Program-made: the position numbers and the translations under genes | The notes under the pieces: model-generated | The model's database searches: none | Seen by the model: the letters and a program-made list of their open reading frames with translations, nothing else | Told to the model about the DNA's origin: nothing | In this document: positions 8,862 through 17,494 of the stretch, piece after piece | Position numbering within the stretch: the stretch's first letter is position 1 | How the letters are laid out: each line of letters starts with the position of its first letter | NCBI GenBank assembly: GCA_045545665.1 | Contig: JAZQBL010000049.1 | Coordinates: 4,631 to 68,630 of the forward strand | DNA: 64,000 nt | DNA from: Eubacteriales bacterium | Lineage (GTDB): Bacteria; Bacillota; Clostridia; Oscillospirales; CAG-272 | Direction: 5' to 3'

Positions 8862-11800
8862 ATGTTAAAAAAAATGATTTCTCTATTACTTGTCTTCTGT
8901 ACGTTAACGTCAACTGTCTGCATTGCCCCCGTTGCCCTTGAAGAGTACGAATACTCAGATACTCAAAACGGTGTTGCAATTACTGACTGGAATGAAAATG
9001 CCTCTTATACAGTCGTTATCCCCGATAATATCGACGGAAAGACTGTTACGGAAATAAGAAAAGAAGCGTTTTCGAATTGTGCTTCAGTTTATGAAATAAT
9101 AATTCCCGATACGGTAACGCTTATAGATCCGTCTGCGTTTATCGGCTGTACGTCGCTTAGAGCGATAACGGTATCTGATTCAAATGAAGCTTACAAAACC
9201 GTAAACGGTAACCTTTATTCAAAGGACGGGAAAACTCTTGTGAAATTCTGTGATGTATCGGCGGCTGAATTTTCTCTGCCTTATACGGTAAGCGAAATAT
9301 CACCTTACGCTTTTTATCAGATGGATAAACTGACCTCTTTGACGCTCAACAATGTGAAAAGTATTGGGAAATATGCCTTTTACGGTTGCTCATCACTTAA
9401 AAATATTGACCTTTCTTCTGTAGAAAAGGTTGAAGAATATGCTTTTTATTCGTGCATTTCGCTTACATATGCAAACATTGGAATAAAGAACATTCCCGAA
9501 GGACTCTTTTACGGTTGTGAAAAGCTCGAAGACGTTGTTCTTACAGGTACGGAATCTGTAGGAAAACTTGCTTTTGCAGGATGCTTTTCGCTTAAAACAG
9601 TACTTATACCAAACGGTGCGTCAGTCGCTTCCGAAGCATTTTTCGGTACGTCTGCTGTGCTGTACGGCGATGATAGCGTAAAAACGTACGCACTTGAAAA
9701 CGAAAATAAATACAAAAAAGCAGTGTATACCGGTTCGATACAAGTTTCCTCCGTTGCGTTTGCTTCGCAGTCTGTTAATATGCGGGTGGATGACGTATTA
9801 TCCCCGAGTGTATCGGTTCTGCCGAAAGATGCTGAAGTCAAAGACGTTATATATACTTCATCAAATGAGGACGTTGTTAAAATAGTTGACGGCAGATTTT
9901 CAGCCGTTGGTAAAGGCGTAGCAACGGTCGTTGCAAAAAGCGTAAACGGTGCAAAAAAAGCTGTTGTAACTGTAAATGTTTCCGACAGGGATGCGCCTTT
10001 GCAGTCATCACATCCGTATGAAAGCGGATTGAATCAAAAATATACGTATACTCTTGAAGGTGAGCCTGAAAAGATCGCCGTTGCTTTTTCACACGATACA
10101 TACGTTGAAGAATACGAAGATTTTATCATCGTAATGGACAAAAACAACGAAAACGTAGGCACGTATACTGCAGATCAGCTTGCCGGAAAAGTGCTTATAA
10201 TAGACGGCGATACGGTAAATATTATGCTCATTTCCGACGATGACGTTGAATATTTCGGATTTTGTATCACTCACGTGATGCCTGCGGAGAAGTTTTTGAC
10301 AGCATCCGAAATAACCCTTGACAAAGACACTCTCGAACTTAATTACGGTGACACATATAAACTTAATTACACACTTTCGCCGAACGGTGCTTTGGTATCC
10401 GATGTTTATTTCATATCAAGCGATAACGACGTCGTATCCGTAGATCCCGACGGAACTGTATATGCCGTGAACAAAGGACAGGCTCGCGTTATCGCTTACG
10501 ATAAGGTGTCCGGAAAGAGTGCGCAGTGCTTGATAACTGTAAATAAAAACGTAATTGACGGTATGCACTACACCTCGGACGGTGAAAAAATTACAATAAC
10601 GTATTATGAAGGAGAAGAAGAAACCCTTACGATTCCTTCAAAAATAGACGATCTGCCCGTTGAGATTATTGCAGACGGCGCATTTATGTATTCGCCTACA
10701 CTGAAAAGCATTACCGTTCCGAGTACGGTGACGGTTATTGCAAACGATGCGTTTGTCGGATGTGTCAATCTTACGGAAATAAACGTATCGGAAGAAAATG
10801 AAAAGTTTTCTTCCTCCGACGGTGTTCTTTACAGCAAGGACGGCACGTATCTTATTGCCTGTCCCGGTGGTAAAACAGGTGGATTTATTGTTAAAAACGG
10901 CGTTGTTGCAATAGGCGCGCACGCATTTAATATGTGTGTAAATATAACGGATATAACACTTTCTCCGACAGTTGAGCTTATATCTCAAACTGCATTTGAT
11001 TACTGTGAAAAGCTTACGGCGTTTGCTGTTGAGTCCTCAGATCATTTTGCAGTCAACGACGGTGTTCTTTACACGAAGGATATGAAGGCTCTCGTTCATT
11101 ATCCTTGTGCAAAAGAAGGAAAATACGTTATGCCTCAAAGCGTTGAAGTGATAAAAGACGGTGCTTTCAACAGCGCTGTTAAGCTTACCGACATAACAAT
11201 ATCGAAAAATCTTTCCGAAATAGAAAAAGGCGCACTTTCACACGCTGAGAATTTAAAGACCGTTACGTGCGGTGAAGATAGTATGTTCTTTGCATCATCC
11301 AACGGTATTCTTTATGATAAGGATAAAAAGACTGTAGTCTGCTGCCCGCCGGCGTATAATGGAGAATTTTTTATAAAAGACGGTGTTGAGACAATAGGCG
11401 AATATGCTTTTGCAGCGTGTGTAAACGTCACCGACGTATTTATTCCGTCTACTGTCAAGAAGATAGGAAAATATGCGTTTTTCGGTGCTGACGGAATATC
11501 TCAGATAATATTACCGCCAAGTGTTGTAAGTGTTGGCGAAGGTGCATTTGATAATTGCTCAAACGTAAGAGTTTTTGCCCCCGACGGCGTTGTAAATATA
11601 GGTACTGCCAACGGAAGTGCGGTGATCCTTTGCTCAGAAGGCTCACAAACGTGGGAAAATGCACAAAGTGCAGGTTATAAAACCGAGGCTGTGACGTATT
11701 CATCAACTCAGTCAGGTATTGCAATTTATTACGGAGTAGTACCGAAGGATGCTGAGTTTGAAGCAGTTAAGTGTAAAAACGGTAAAACAGCTCTTCTGCA

Positions 11801-12950
11801 GATGCTGTTTCCGTCAGATGAGATAAAGGCACTTGATATTTCATTCGGTAAATATATTACACCGAATGATTACACGGCTGTTCTGTATACGGATGAAGCA
11901 GTAGAAGCTGTCTACAGAGTTGAAAACGGCAATATTGAAGAAATAGACTTTACGACTGTAACAAACGGTATTTCTTTCCTGACACGCGGAGGCACGTACG
12001 TGCTTTCCTGCGGCGTCCGTATAAACGATAATACGGATGTTGCCATCAGACGCTTGCCCGATAAAACAGAATACAGCTATGGCGAAGAATTTGTAAAAGA
12101 CGGACTCGAAGTATACTATAAAAATTTTGCAGGTATCGTTACGGTGCTTGACAGCGATGCGTATACGATGGATGCTCCCACACTTAATATCGGCGGAGAG
12201 CACACTGTAAAAGTTACGTATGATACAAAAAGTGCTGAATTTAAAGTAAAGGTCAAAACAGAACCGCTCACAGCCGATCTTCGTATCGAAGGAGAGCTTA
12301 AGCTCGGCGGCAAGATCACGGCAACCGTTGAAAACGTAAACTACGATTACATCCCCTATGAGATCACATGGTACAGAAACGGTGAGCTTGTGGAAGGTGT
12401 AAAAGGAAACGAGTACACGGTAACGGTTCTCGACAGCGATAAGGATATCACAGCGAAGATCACGGCGATAAACGGTTGCGAGGGAGAGGCTTTATCAAAC
12501 GTATTGCACGTGGGTTTGTTTGGAATTTCAACGGACGTCTATAAGATAAACAAAGAAAGTGCTTTGATAAGCAAGATAAACGAGCAGACAACGGTGGATA
12601 CCTTCTTGTCAAACCTTACATTCTCAAACGGCGTAAAAGCGTATAAGGGCGATAAAGAGCTTGCAGGTGAAGATCTTATAACAACGGGAACCGAGATAAG
12701 ACTTTACAGCGGCGGCGAGGTCGTAAGCACGGTTACTGCAGTTGTTACGGGTGATATAAACGGCGACGGTAAAATATCACTTATAGATTTTTCAAACATC
12801 AAGGCGTATATGCTCGGTGATAAAGAGTTTACGTCATTTGATAAATATGCGGCAGACGCAAACGGCGACGGCAAGCTTTCACTTATCGACTTTTCACAGT
12901 TCAAGGCGCATATGCTTGGCGATCTAACAATAGAAGGAAAGGAATATTGA
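8862..12950 (+). CDS. giant secreted protein: two BspA-type LRR blocks, Big_2 Ig-like domains, a CUB-like module, a Big_3-like domain and a C-terminal dockerin
   Basis: Signal peptide MLKKMISLLLVFCTLTSTVCIA. Repeated ..I.IPD.VT.IG..AF..C..L..I.. LRR_5 units. Two Big_2-like segments (..VVKIVDGRFSAVGKGVATVVAK.., ..VVSVDPDGTVYAVNKGQARVIAY..). Dockerin duplication at the C-terminus. ATG 8862 follows RBS AAAGGAAG. Confidence 0.85.
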   Translation: MLKKMISLLLVFCTLTSTVCIAPVALEEYEYSDTQNGVAITDWNENASYTVVIPDNIDGKTVTEIRKEAFSNCASVYEIIIPDTVTLIDPSAFIGCTSLRAITVSDSNEAYKTVNGNLYSKDGKTLVKFCDVSAAEFSLPYTVSEISPYAFYQMDKLTSLTLNNVKSIGKYAFYGCSSLKNIDLSSVEKVEEYAFYSCISLTYANIGIKNIPEGLFYGCEKLEDVVLTGTESVGKLAFAGCFSLKTVLIPNGASVASEAFFGTSAVLYGDDSVKTYALENENKYKKAVYTGSIQVSSVAFASQSVNMRVDDVLSPSVSVLPKDAEVKDVIYTSSNEDVVKIVDGRFSAVGKGVATVVAKSVNGAKKAVVTVNVSDRDAPLQSSHPYESGLNQKYTYTLEGEPEKIAVAFSHDTYVEEYEDFIIVMDKNNENVGTYTADQLAGKVLIIDGDTVNIMLISDDDVEYFGFCITHVMPAEKFLTASEITLDKDTLELNYGDTYKLNYTLSPNGALVSDVYFISSDNDVVSVDPDGTVYAVNKGQARVIAYDKVSGKSAQCLITVNKNVIDGMHYTSDGEKITITYYEGEEETLTIPSKIDDLPVEIIADGAFMYSPTLKSITVPSTVTVIANDAFVGCVNLTEINVSEENEKFSSSDGVLYSKDGTYLIACPGGKTGGFIVKNGVVAIGAHAFNMCVNITDITLSPTVELISQTAFDYCEKLTAFAVESSDHFAVNDGVLYTKDMKALVHYPCAKEGKYVMPQSVEVIKDGAFNSAVKLTDITISKNLSEIEKGALSHAENLKTVTCGEDSMFFASSNGILYDKDKKTVVCCPPAYNGEFFIKDGVETIGEYAFAACVNVTDVFIPSTVKKIGKYAFFGADGISQIILPPSVVSVGEGAFDNCSNVRVFAPDGVVNIGTANGSAVILCSEGSQTWENAQSAGYKTEAVTYSSTQSGIAIYYGVVPKDAEFEAVKCKNGKTALLQMLFPSDEIKALDISFGKYITPNDYTAVLYTDEAVEAVYRVENGNIEEIDFTTVTNGISFLTRGGTYVLSCGVRINDNTDVAIRRLPDKTEYSYGEEFVKDGLEVYYKNFAGIVTVLDSDAYTMDAPTLNIGGEHTVKVTYDTKSAEFKVKVKTEPLTADLRIEGELKLGGKITATVENVNYDYIPYEITWYRNGELVEGVKGNEYTVTVLDSDKDITAKITAINGCEGEALSNVLHVGLFGISTDVYKINKESALISKINEQTTVDTFLSNLTFSNGVKAYKGDKELAGEDLITTGTEIRLYSGGEVVSTVTAVVTGDINGDGKISLIDFSNIKAYMLGDKEFTSFDKYAADANGDGKLSLIDFSQFKAHMLGDLTIEGKEY
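12750..12920 (+). other. type-I dockerin module (two Ca-binding repeats)
   Basis: GDINGDGKISLIDFSNIKAYMLG, a 12-aa linker, then DANGDGKLSLIDFSQFKAHMLG. Both show the D-x-N-x-D-G-x-(I/L)-x-x-x-D EF-hand-like loop followed by a helix. Confidence 0.8.
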
Positions 12951-12952
12951 GT

Positions 12953-14272
12953 ATGAAAAGAATAACAGCATTATTAGTAACAGCGGTATTGCTTATTCCG
13001 CTTGTAAGCATCGGTGTGTTTGCATCGGCAAGCATTGACGTGTCGGGCCCTTCAAAGGCATATCCCGGCGATACGGTAACACTTACGGTGAAACTTGACA
13101 CAGCTGATATAACGGGCGCAAGAGCGGTTATGTTCGATATGGTATTTGATACCGAACAAATGACGTATAAATCAAGCAGCGGTATTCTTTCCGGTTGGGA
13201 CGTAACTGAAAAGAAACCTTCAAGCGGTGTTGTAAGAATGCTTTTTGAATGTGATAACGAAGGCGGTGACGACGTTTCGGGTAAAACTCTTATAAAAGTA
13301 AACTTCACACTTTCGAATTCTTTGACAAAGGGAGAAAATGTAGAAGTAACATTTAAAGAAATAGAAATAGCCTCTTCTGAAGATGATGCGTATCCAACCG
13401 ATATAACGCACTCTGTGGAGATTACGAAGAAGTCGTCGGATGCAACACTTTATTCTTTGTCTGTAAGCGGTGCAACGCTTTCTCCTGCATTTTCATCCGA
13501 TAAAACGTCGTATACGACGGATATCGACTACAGAACGAAACCGCTTACGATAAATTACAAAACGACCGATTCGAAGGCAACAGCAAAAGTATCGGGCAAC
13601 AGCTCCCTCAAAGTCGGTAAAAACACGATAACCATAACGGTAACAGCTGAGGACGGCACGACAAAGAAATATACGATAGTTGCCAATATGGCTGAAAATC
13701 CCAATCCCGAAAGCTCCGACTGTACGCTTTCCGACGTTAAGATATCATCGGGAACCATCACACCCGAATTTAAGTCAAACGTATACGAATACACGGTAAA
13801 CGTTCCTGCCGACGTTGATAAAATAACGATGGATCCGACACCGAACGACAGCAAGGCGACTGCAGAAAAGAAGATCGTTTCTTTGACGAAAGAAGAAACG
13901 GAGGTTACCATAACGTGTACGGCAGAGGACGGAAGTAAAAAGAATTACGTCTTTACGATAGTAAAGGAGATGTCGGACGAAACGAACGACGGAACCGATA
14001 CGAATGGCACAGACAGCGAAACACCTGTCGACACGGATATTGTAACAGAGGATGTTGTAACTGATGAAATAACGCAAGCAACACCCGACACGGACTACAT
14101 ACCGGAAAACGAGGAAACGGATGCTGAAACCGACGCTGACACAAGACCCGTGTATAATGAAAAAACGGGATTCAAGAAGCCCGTACCGCTTTGGAGCGTT
14201 CTTCTTTGTTCGATCGTATCTCTCGTTATCGGTGCTGTAATTTCAGCTCTGATATTCAAAAGAAAATTCTAA
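12953..14272 (+). CDS. membrane-anchored cohesin-domain protein with two cadherin-like beta-sandwich repeats
   Basis: Signal peptide. Cohesin-like module (SIDVSGPSKAYPGDTVTLTVKLD..GARAVMFDMVFDTEQMTY..GKTLIKVNFTL). Two repeats starting SSDATLYSLSVSGATLSPAFSSDKTSYT and SSDCTLSDVKISSGTITPEFKSNVYEYT. Acidic T/D/E linker and a C-terminal TM helix plus KRKF. ATG lies 2 nt after the upstream stop. Confidence 0.7.
   Translation: MKRITALLVTAVLLIPLVSIGVFASASIDVSGPSKAYPGDTVTLTVKLDTADITGARAVMFDMVFDTEQMTYKSSSGILSGWDVTEKKPSSGVVRMLFECDNEGGDDVSGKTLIKVNFTLSNSLTKGENVEVTFKEIEIASSEDDAYPTDITHSVEITKKSSDATLYSLSVSGATLSPAFSSDKTSYTTDIDYRTKPLTINYKTTDSKATAKVSGNSSLKVGKNTITITVTAEDGTTKKYTIVANMAENPNPESSDCTLSDVKISSGTITPEFKSNVYEYTVNVPADVDKITMDPTPNDSKATAEKKIVSLTKEETEVTITCTAEDGSKKNYVFTIVKEMSDETNDGTDTNGTDSETPVDTDIVTEDVVTDEITQATPDTDYIPENEETDAETDADTRPVYNEKTGFKKPVPLWSVLLCSIVSLVIGAVISALIFKRKF
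13028..13400 (+). other. cohesin-like module
   Basis: About 125-aa beta-sandwich-type sequence with the usual PGD.V.v.v / f.l.YD / G.l..v.F pattern of cohesins. Recognised by eye only. Confidence 0.6.
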
Positions 14273-14326
14273 AAATCACCCTTCGGGCATATTATATAAA
14301 AAAGTATAATATCCCGGAGGGTCTTT

Positions 14327-14584
14327 ATGTCTGAACATAATATTTCAATATTTGCAAGGAAGCATATGGAAATAAGCGGTGCGGTAAGCGTTTTAAGCTT
14401 CGATGACGAGCAGGTCGTTTTGAAAACGACGATGGGGTTGTGCTGTGTAAGAGGGAACGGGCTTACCGTATCAAAGCTTGACTGTGACGGCGGCGAGGTA
14501 TTCGTAGACGGACAGATATGCTCTGTGTATTATCCCGAACAGTCTGAAGAAAAGCGAAGCGTTTTTTCTAAAATATTCAAATGA
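14327..14584 (+). CDS. yabP: sporulation protein YabP
   Basis: 85 aa. The H.ISI..R..MEISGV..V.SFDDE.V.L.T..G pattern is typical of YabP, and it is followed by a yabQ-like and a divIC-like gene. Confidence 0.85.
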   Translation: MSEHNISIFARKHMEISGAVSVLSFDDEQVVLKTTMGLCCVRGNGLTVSKLDCDGGEVFVDGQICSVYYPEQSEEKRSVFSKIFK

Positions 14585-15102
14585 CGGGTGGATTTTTATA
14601 CCAGGAACCGAAAACGCAGCTGTTCATAATCCTTTATTCTTTTTTGCTCGGCGTGGGTATCGGAGTTGTGTACAGTCTGTTTGATACTATATATATAATG
14701 TTCTGCCCATATATAGTGTCAAAAGAGAGTTTTGACGGCGAAATTCAAGAAGGACTAAAAAATAAAATAAAAATTTCAAAAATATTTCAATTTTCTATTG
14801 ATTTTTTCTTTTCCGTAGTATATACTGTAATAGTAGTCGTTTTTATTTTTTGCGCAAATAAAGGCAGATTCAGATTTTTTATGCTTGCTTTTGCCGCTGT
14901 CGGCTTCGTCTTTTATAAACTGACTGTCGGACGTATAGTGTCTTTTTGTATGCGTGCCTTGTTTAAATATATCCACCGCATATTGAAGAAAATATTTATA
15001 CTTCCGCTGTGCGGTCTGTTAAAAACGGTAAAGACGTGCTTTGACGGATACGTTATCAAGAAAAGATTTTTAAATACTGTTGTTAAGGATAAGGAATTTT
15101 GA
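14581..15102 (+). CDS. yabQ: spore cortex biosynthesis protein YabQ-like membrane protein
   Basis: Polytopic small membrane protein with an ATGA overlap onto yabP. Synteny yabP-yabQ-divIC as in Bacilli and Clostridia. Confidence 0.65.
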   Translation: MTGGFLYQEPKTQLFIILYSFLLGVGIGVVYSLFDTIYIMFCPYIVSKESFDGEIQEGLKNKIKISKIFQFSIDFFFSVVYTVIVVVFIFCANKGRFRFFMLAFAAVGFVFYKLTVGRIVSFCMRALFKYIHRILKKIFILPLCGLLKTVKTCFDGYVIKKRFLNTVVKDKEF

Positions 15103-15380
15103 TGAAAACAAGAACGAACGTGTTTGTAAAAACAGCAATATGTTTTTTCCTCGTGTTTGCTTTTATTATGATAATTCATTTGAGTATGCAGGTAAATGAG
15201 CTTAAGCAAAAACAACAGCAGCTTCAGTCGAGCGTATATGAAAAAAGGATCGCTGTCGAACAGCTTAAGGATATGTGTCAGCGAGAGATCGACGAGGAGT
15301 ATATACAAAAGATCGCAAGAGAAGAGCTTGGTTACCGTATGCCCGGTGAAGTGGTATATTATAACGACTTGACGAAATAA
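15102..15380 (+). CDS. divIC: septum formation initiator (DivIC/FtsB family)
   Basis: N-terminal TM, a coiled coil (LKQKQQQLQSSVYEKRIAVEQLKD) and the conserved tail YIQKIAREELGYRMPGEVVY. ATG 15102 overlaps the yabQ stop. Confidence 0.75.
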   Translation: MKTRTNVFVKTAICFFLVFAFIMIIHLSMQVNELKQKQQQLQSSVYEKRIAVEQLKDMCQREIDEEYIQKIAREELGYRMPGEVVYYNDLTK

Positions 15381-15421
15381 CGAATGGGGACGGTTACCGT
15401 CCCTTTGTTTTTGGAGATAAT

Positions 15422-16582
15422 ATGATTATTAAAAATGCAAAAATTTTTACTATGGACGACCGCCGCGTTATCGAAAACGGTACAGTCGTTATTGAAAACG
15501 GCAAAATAACTTACGTCGGTGAAGATGTTTTTGAAGGTGATGACGTAATTGATGCCGAAGGATGCATACTTATGCCGGGACTTATTGACGCACATACACA
15601 CCTCGGTATGATAGAGGATTCGCTGACGTTTGAAGGTGACGACCTGAACGAAGAAACGTCCCCCGTTACGCCTCAGCTTTCATCCCTTGACGGAATAAAT
15701 CCTTTCGATGCGTGCTTTGCCGATGCATACCGTGCAGGTGTGACATCAGTGTGTACAGGCCCGGGAAGTGCAAACCCCGTCAGCGGAATGTCCGTGCTTA
15801 TAAAAACTTACGGAAAAACGGTTGATTCTATGGCGGTGCTGTCACCTGCAACGATGAAATTCGCACTCGGTGAAAACCCGAAATCGGTGTATCACGGAAA
15901 AAGCGAAGCGCCCCAAACACGCGCCGCAACTGCCGCACTTATACGTGAAGCGCTTACAAAAGCAAAAAAATACGCAGAGGGTGTCGATAGCTATAACGAC
16001 GACCCCGAAAATTGTGACGAGCCTGAGTATGACGATAAAAACGAAGCGCTTGCCTGCGTTGTTAAGGGCAGTTTGCCTGCACATTTTCACGCACACAGAG
16101 CTGACGATATCTTTACCGCTGTCAGAATTGCAAAGAAATTTTCACTTAAATATACGTTAGTACACTGTACTGAAGGATATCTTGTCGCAGACGAGCTTGC
16201 AAAAGAGGGAATAAGTGCGATCCTCGGACCTAATATGACCGACAGAAGCAAGCCGGAGCTTAAAAATCTTTCATTTGAAAATCCCAAAATACTCAACGAA
16301 CACGGAATACTGTTTTCGATATGTACAGACCACCCCGAAACACCTATACAGTATCTTCCTTTGTGTGCAGCACTTGCACATAAACACGGCTTGCCGTATA
16401 TGGAATCGCTTGAAGCTATAAGCTGTAACAGTGCAAAAATACTCGGAGTTGATGACAGACTCGGCAAGATAAAAGAGGGATACGATGCGGATATTGTACT
16501 GTTTGACGGCGATCCGCTTGATCTGTATACAAACGTAAAATTAACGATAATCGACGGAAATATCGTATATAAACGGGCATAA
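15422..16582 (+). CDS. amidohydrolase-family metallohydrolase
   Basis: The GLIDAHTHLG metal-binding motif near the N-terminus and a C-terminal G.I..G..ADIV.FD pattern. Confidence 0.85.
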   Translation: MIIKNAKIFTMDDRRVIENGTVVIENGKITYVGEDVFEGDDVIDAEGCILMPGLIDAHTHLGMIEDSLTFEGDDLNEETSPVTPQLSSLDGINPFDACFADAYRAGVTSVCTGPGSANPVSGMSVLIKTYGKTVDSMAVLSPATMKFALGENPKSVYHGKSEAPQTRAATAALIREALTKAKKYAEGVDSYNDDPENCDEPEYDDKNEALACVVKGSLPAHFHAHRADDIFTAVRIAKKFSLKYTLVHCTEGYLVADELAKEGISAILGPNMTDRSKPELKNLSFENPKILNEHGILFSICTDHPETPIQYLPLCAALAHKHGLPYMESLEAISCNSAKILGVDDRLGKIKEGYDADIVLFDGDPLDLYTNVKLTIIDGNIVYKRA

Positions 16583-16728
16583 TACACGAAAAAGCACCGA
16601 CGTTAATAAAAAAAATGATTATTGTTTACGCATTATTAAACACAAAATTTGTGCGGTGCTATATAATGAATTTAGATAAAAATTTAACGAAATTAACAAG
16701 TTTATATAAATAACAGGAGGATCTTGAA

Positions 16729-17421
16729 ATGATCGGAACAAAGATACTTATCGTTGACGACGACGTCAATATTTGCGAAGCTCTTCGCGTTTATTTTGAA
16801 AACGAGGGCTACGAAGTAAAAACAGCTAACGATGGCGTTGAAGGTGTAAATTATTTTAAACTTTACGAGCCCGATTTGGTACTTCTCGACATCATGCTTC
16901 CCAAAAAAGACGGCTGGGCAGTTTGCAGAGAAATACGTGAGGTTTCTTCAAAACCCATTATAATGGTAACCGCTAAGGGTGAAGTGTTCGACAAGGTGCT
17001 CGGTCTTGAAATGGGCGCTGACGATTTTGTCGTTAAACCCTTCGATATGAAAGAGCTTGCTGTAAGAATAAAGGCAGTTCTCAGACGTTGCAACTCGCAC
17101 GAAAATCAGAACGACGAAGAAATAATCAAATTTGAAAATATCGAAATAAGCTTGCAGAAGTACGAGCTTAAATTAAGAGGAAAGAGCGTTGACATTCCGC
17201 CTAAGGAACTTGAGCTTCTCTACTTCCTCGCATCCAACTACAACAGAGTATTTACAAGAGATCAGCTCCTTGATAAGGTATGGGGCTTCGATTATCTCGG
17301 TGACTCAAGAACAGTTGACGTTCACGTTAAGCGTCTGCGCGAAAAACTTGAGGGCGTTTCCGATAAATGGGTACTTAAAACTGTTTGGGGCGTAGGATAT
17401 AAATTCGAGCTTCTCCAGTAA
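16729..17421 (+). CDS. OmpR/PhoB-type response regulator
   Basis: Receiver domain (ILIVDDD..DLVLLDIMLPKKDG..TAKG) plus winged-helix domain (LTRDQLLDKVWG..RTVDVHVKRLREKL). Confidence 0.95.
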   Translation: MIGTKILIVDDDVNICEALRVYFENEGYEVKTANDGVEGVNYFKLYEPDLVLLDIMLPKKDGWAVCREIREVSSKPIIMVTAKGEVFDKVLGLEMGADDFVVKPFDMKELAVRIKAVLRRCNSHENQNDEEIIKFENIEISLQKYELKLRGKSVDIPPKELELLYFLASNYNRVFTRDQLLDKVWGFDYLGDSRTVDVHVKRLREKLEGVSDKWVLKTVWGVGYKFELLQ

Positions 17422-17434
17422 AATCGAAATATTG

Positions 17435-17473
17435 GGGCAGCCCTTGTTGAATTTGCAAAGGGCTGTCCTTTTC
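17435..17473 (+). terminator. intercistronic hairpin plus short T-run between the regulator and kinase genes (possible partial terminator)
   Basis: gggcagccctt / aagggctgtcc stem (about 11 bp), 11-nt loop, followed by TTTTC. Confidence 0.45.
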
Positions 17474-17494
17474 TATATTTGAAGGGATAATTTA

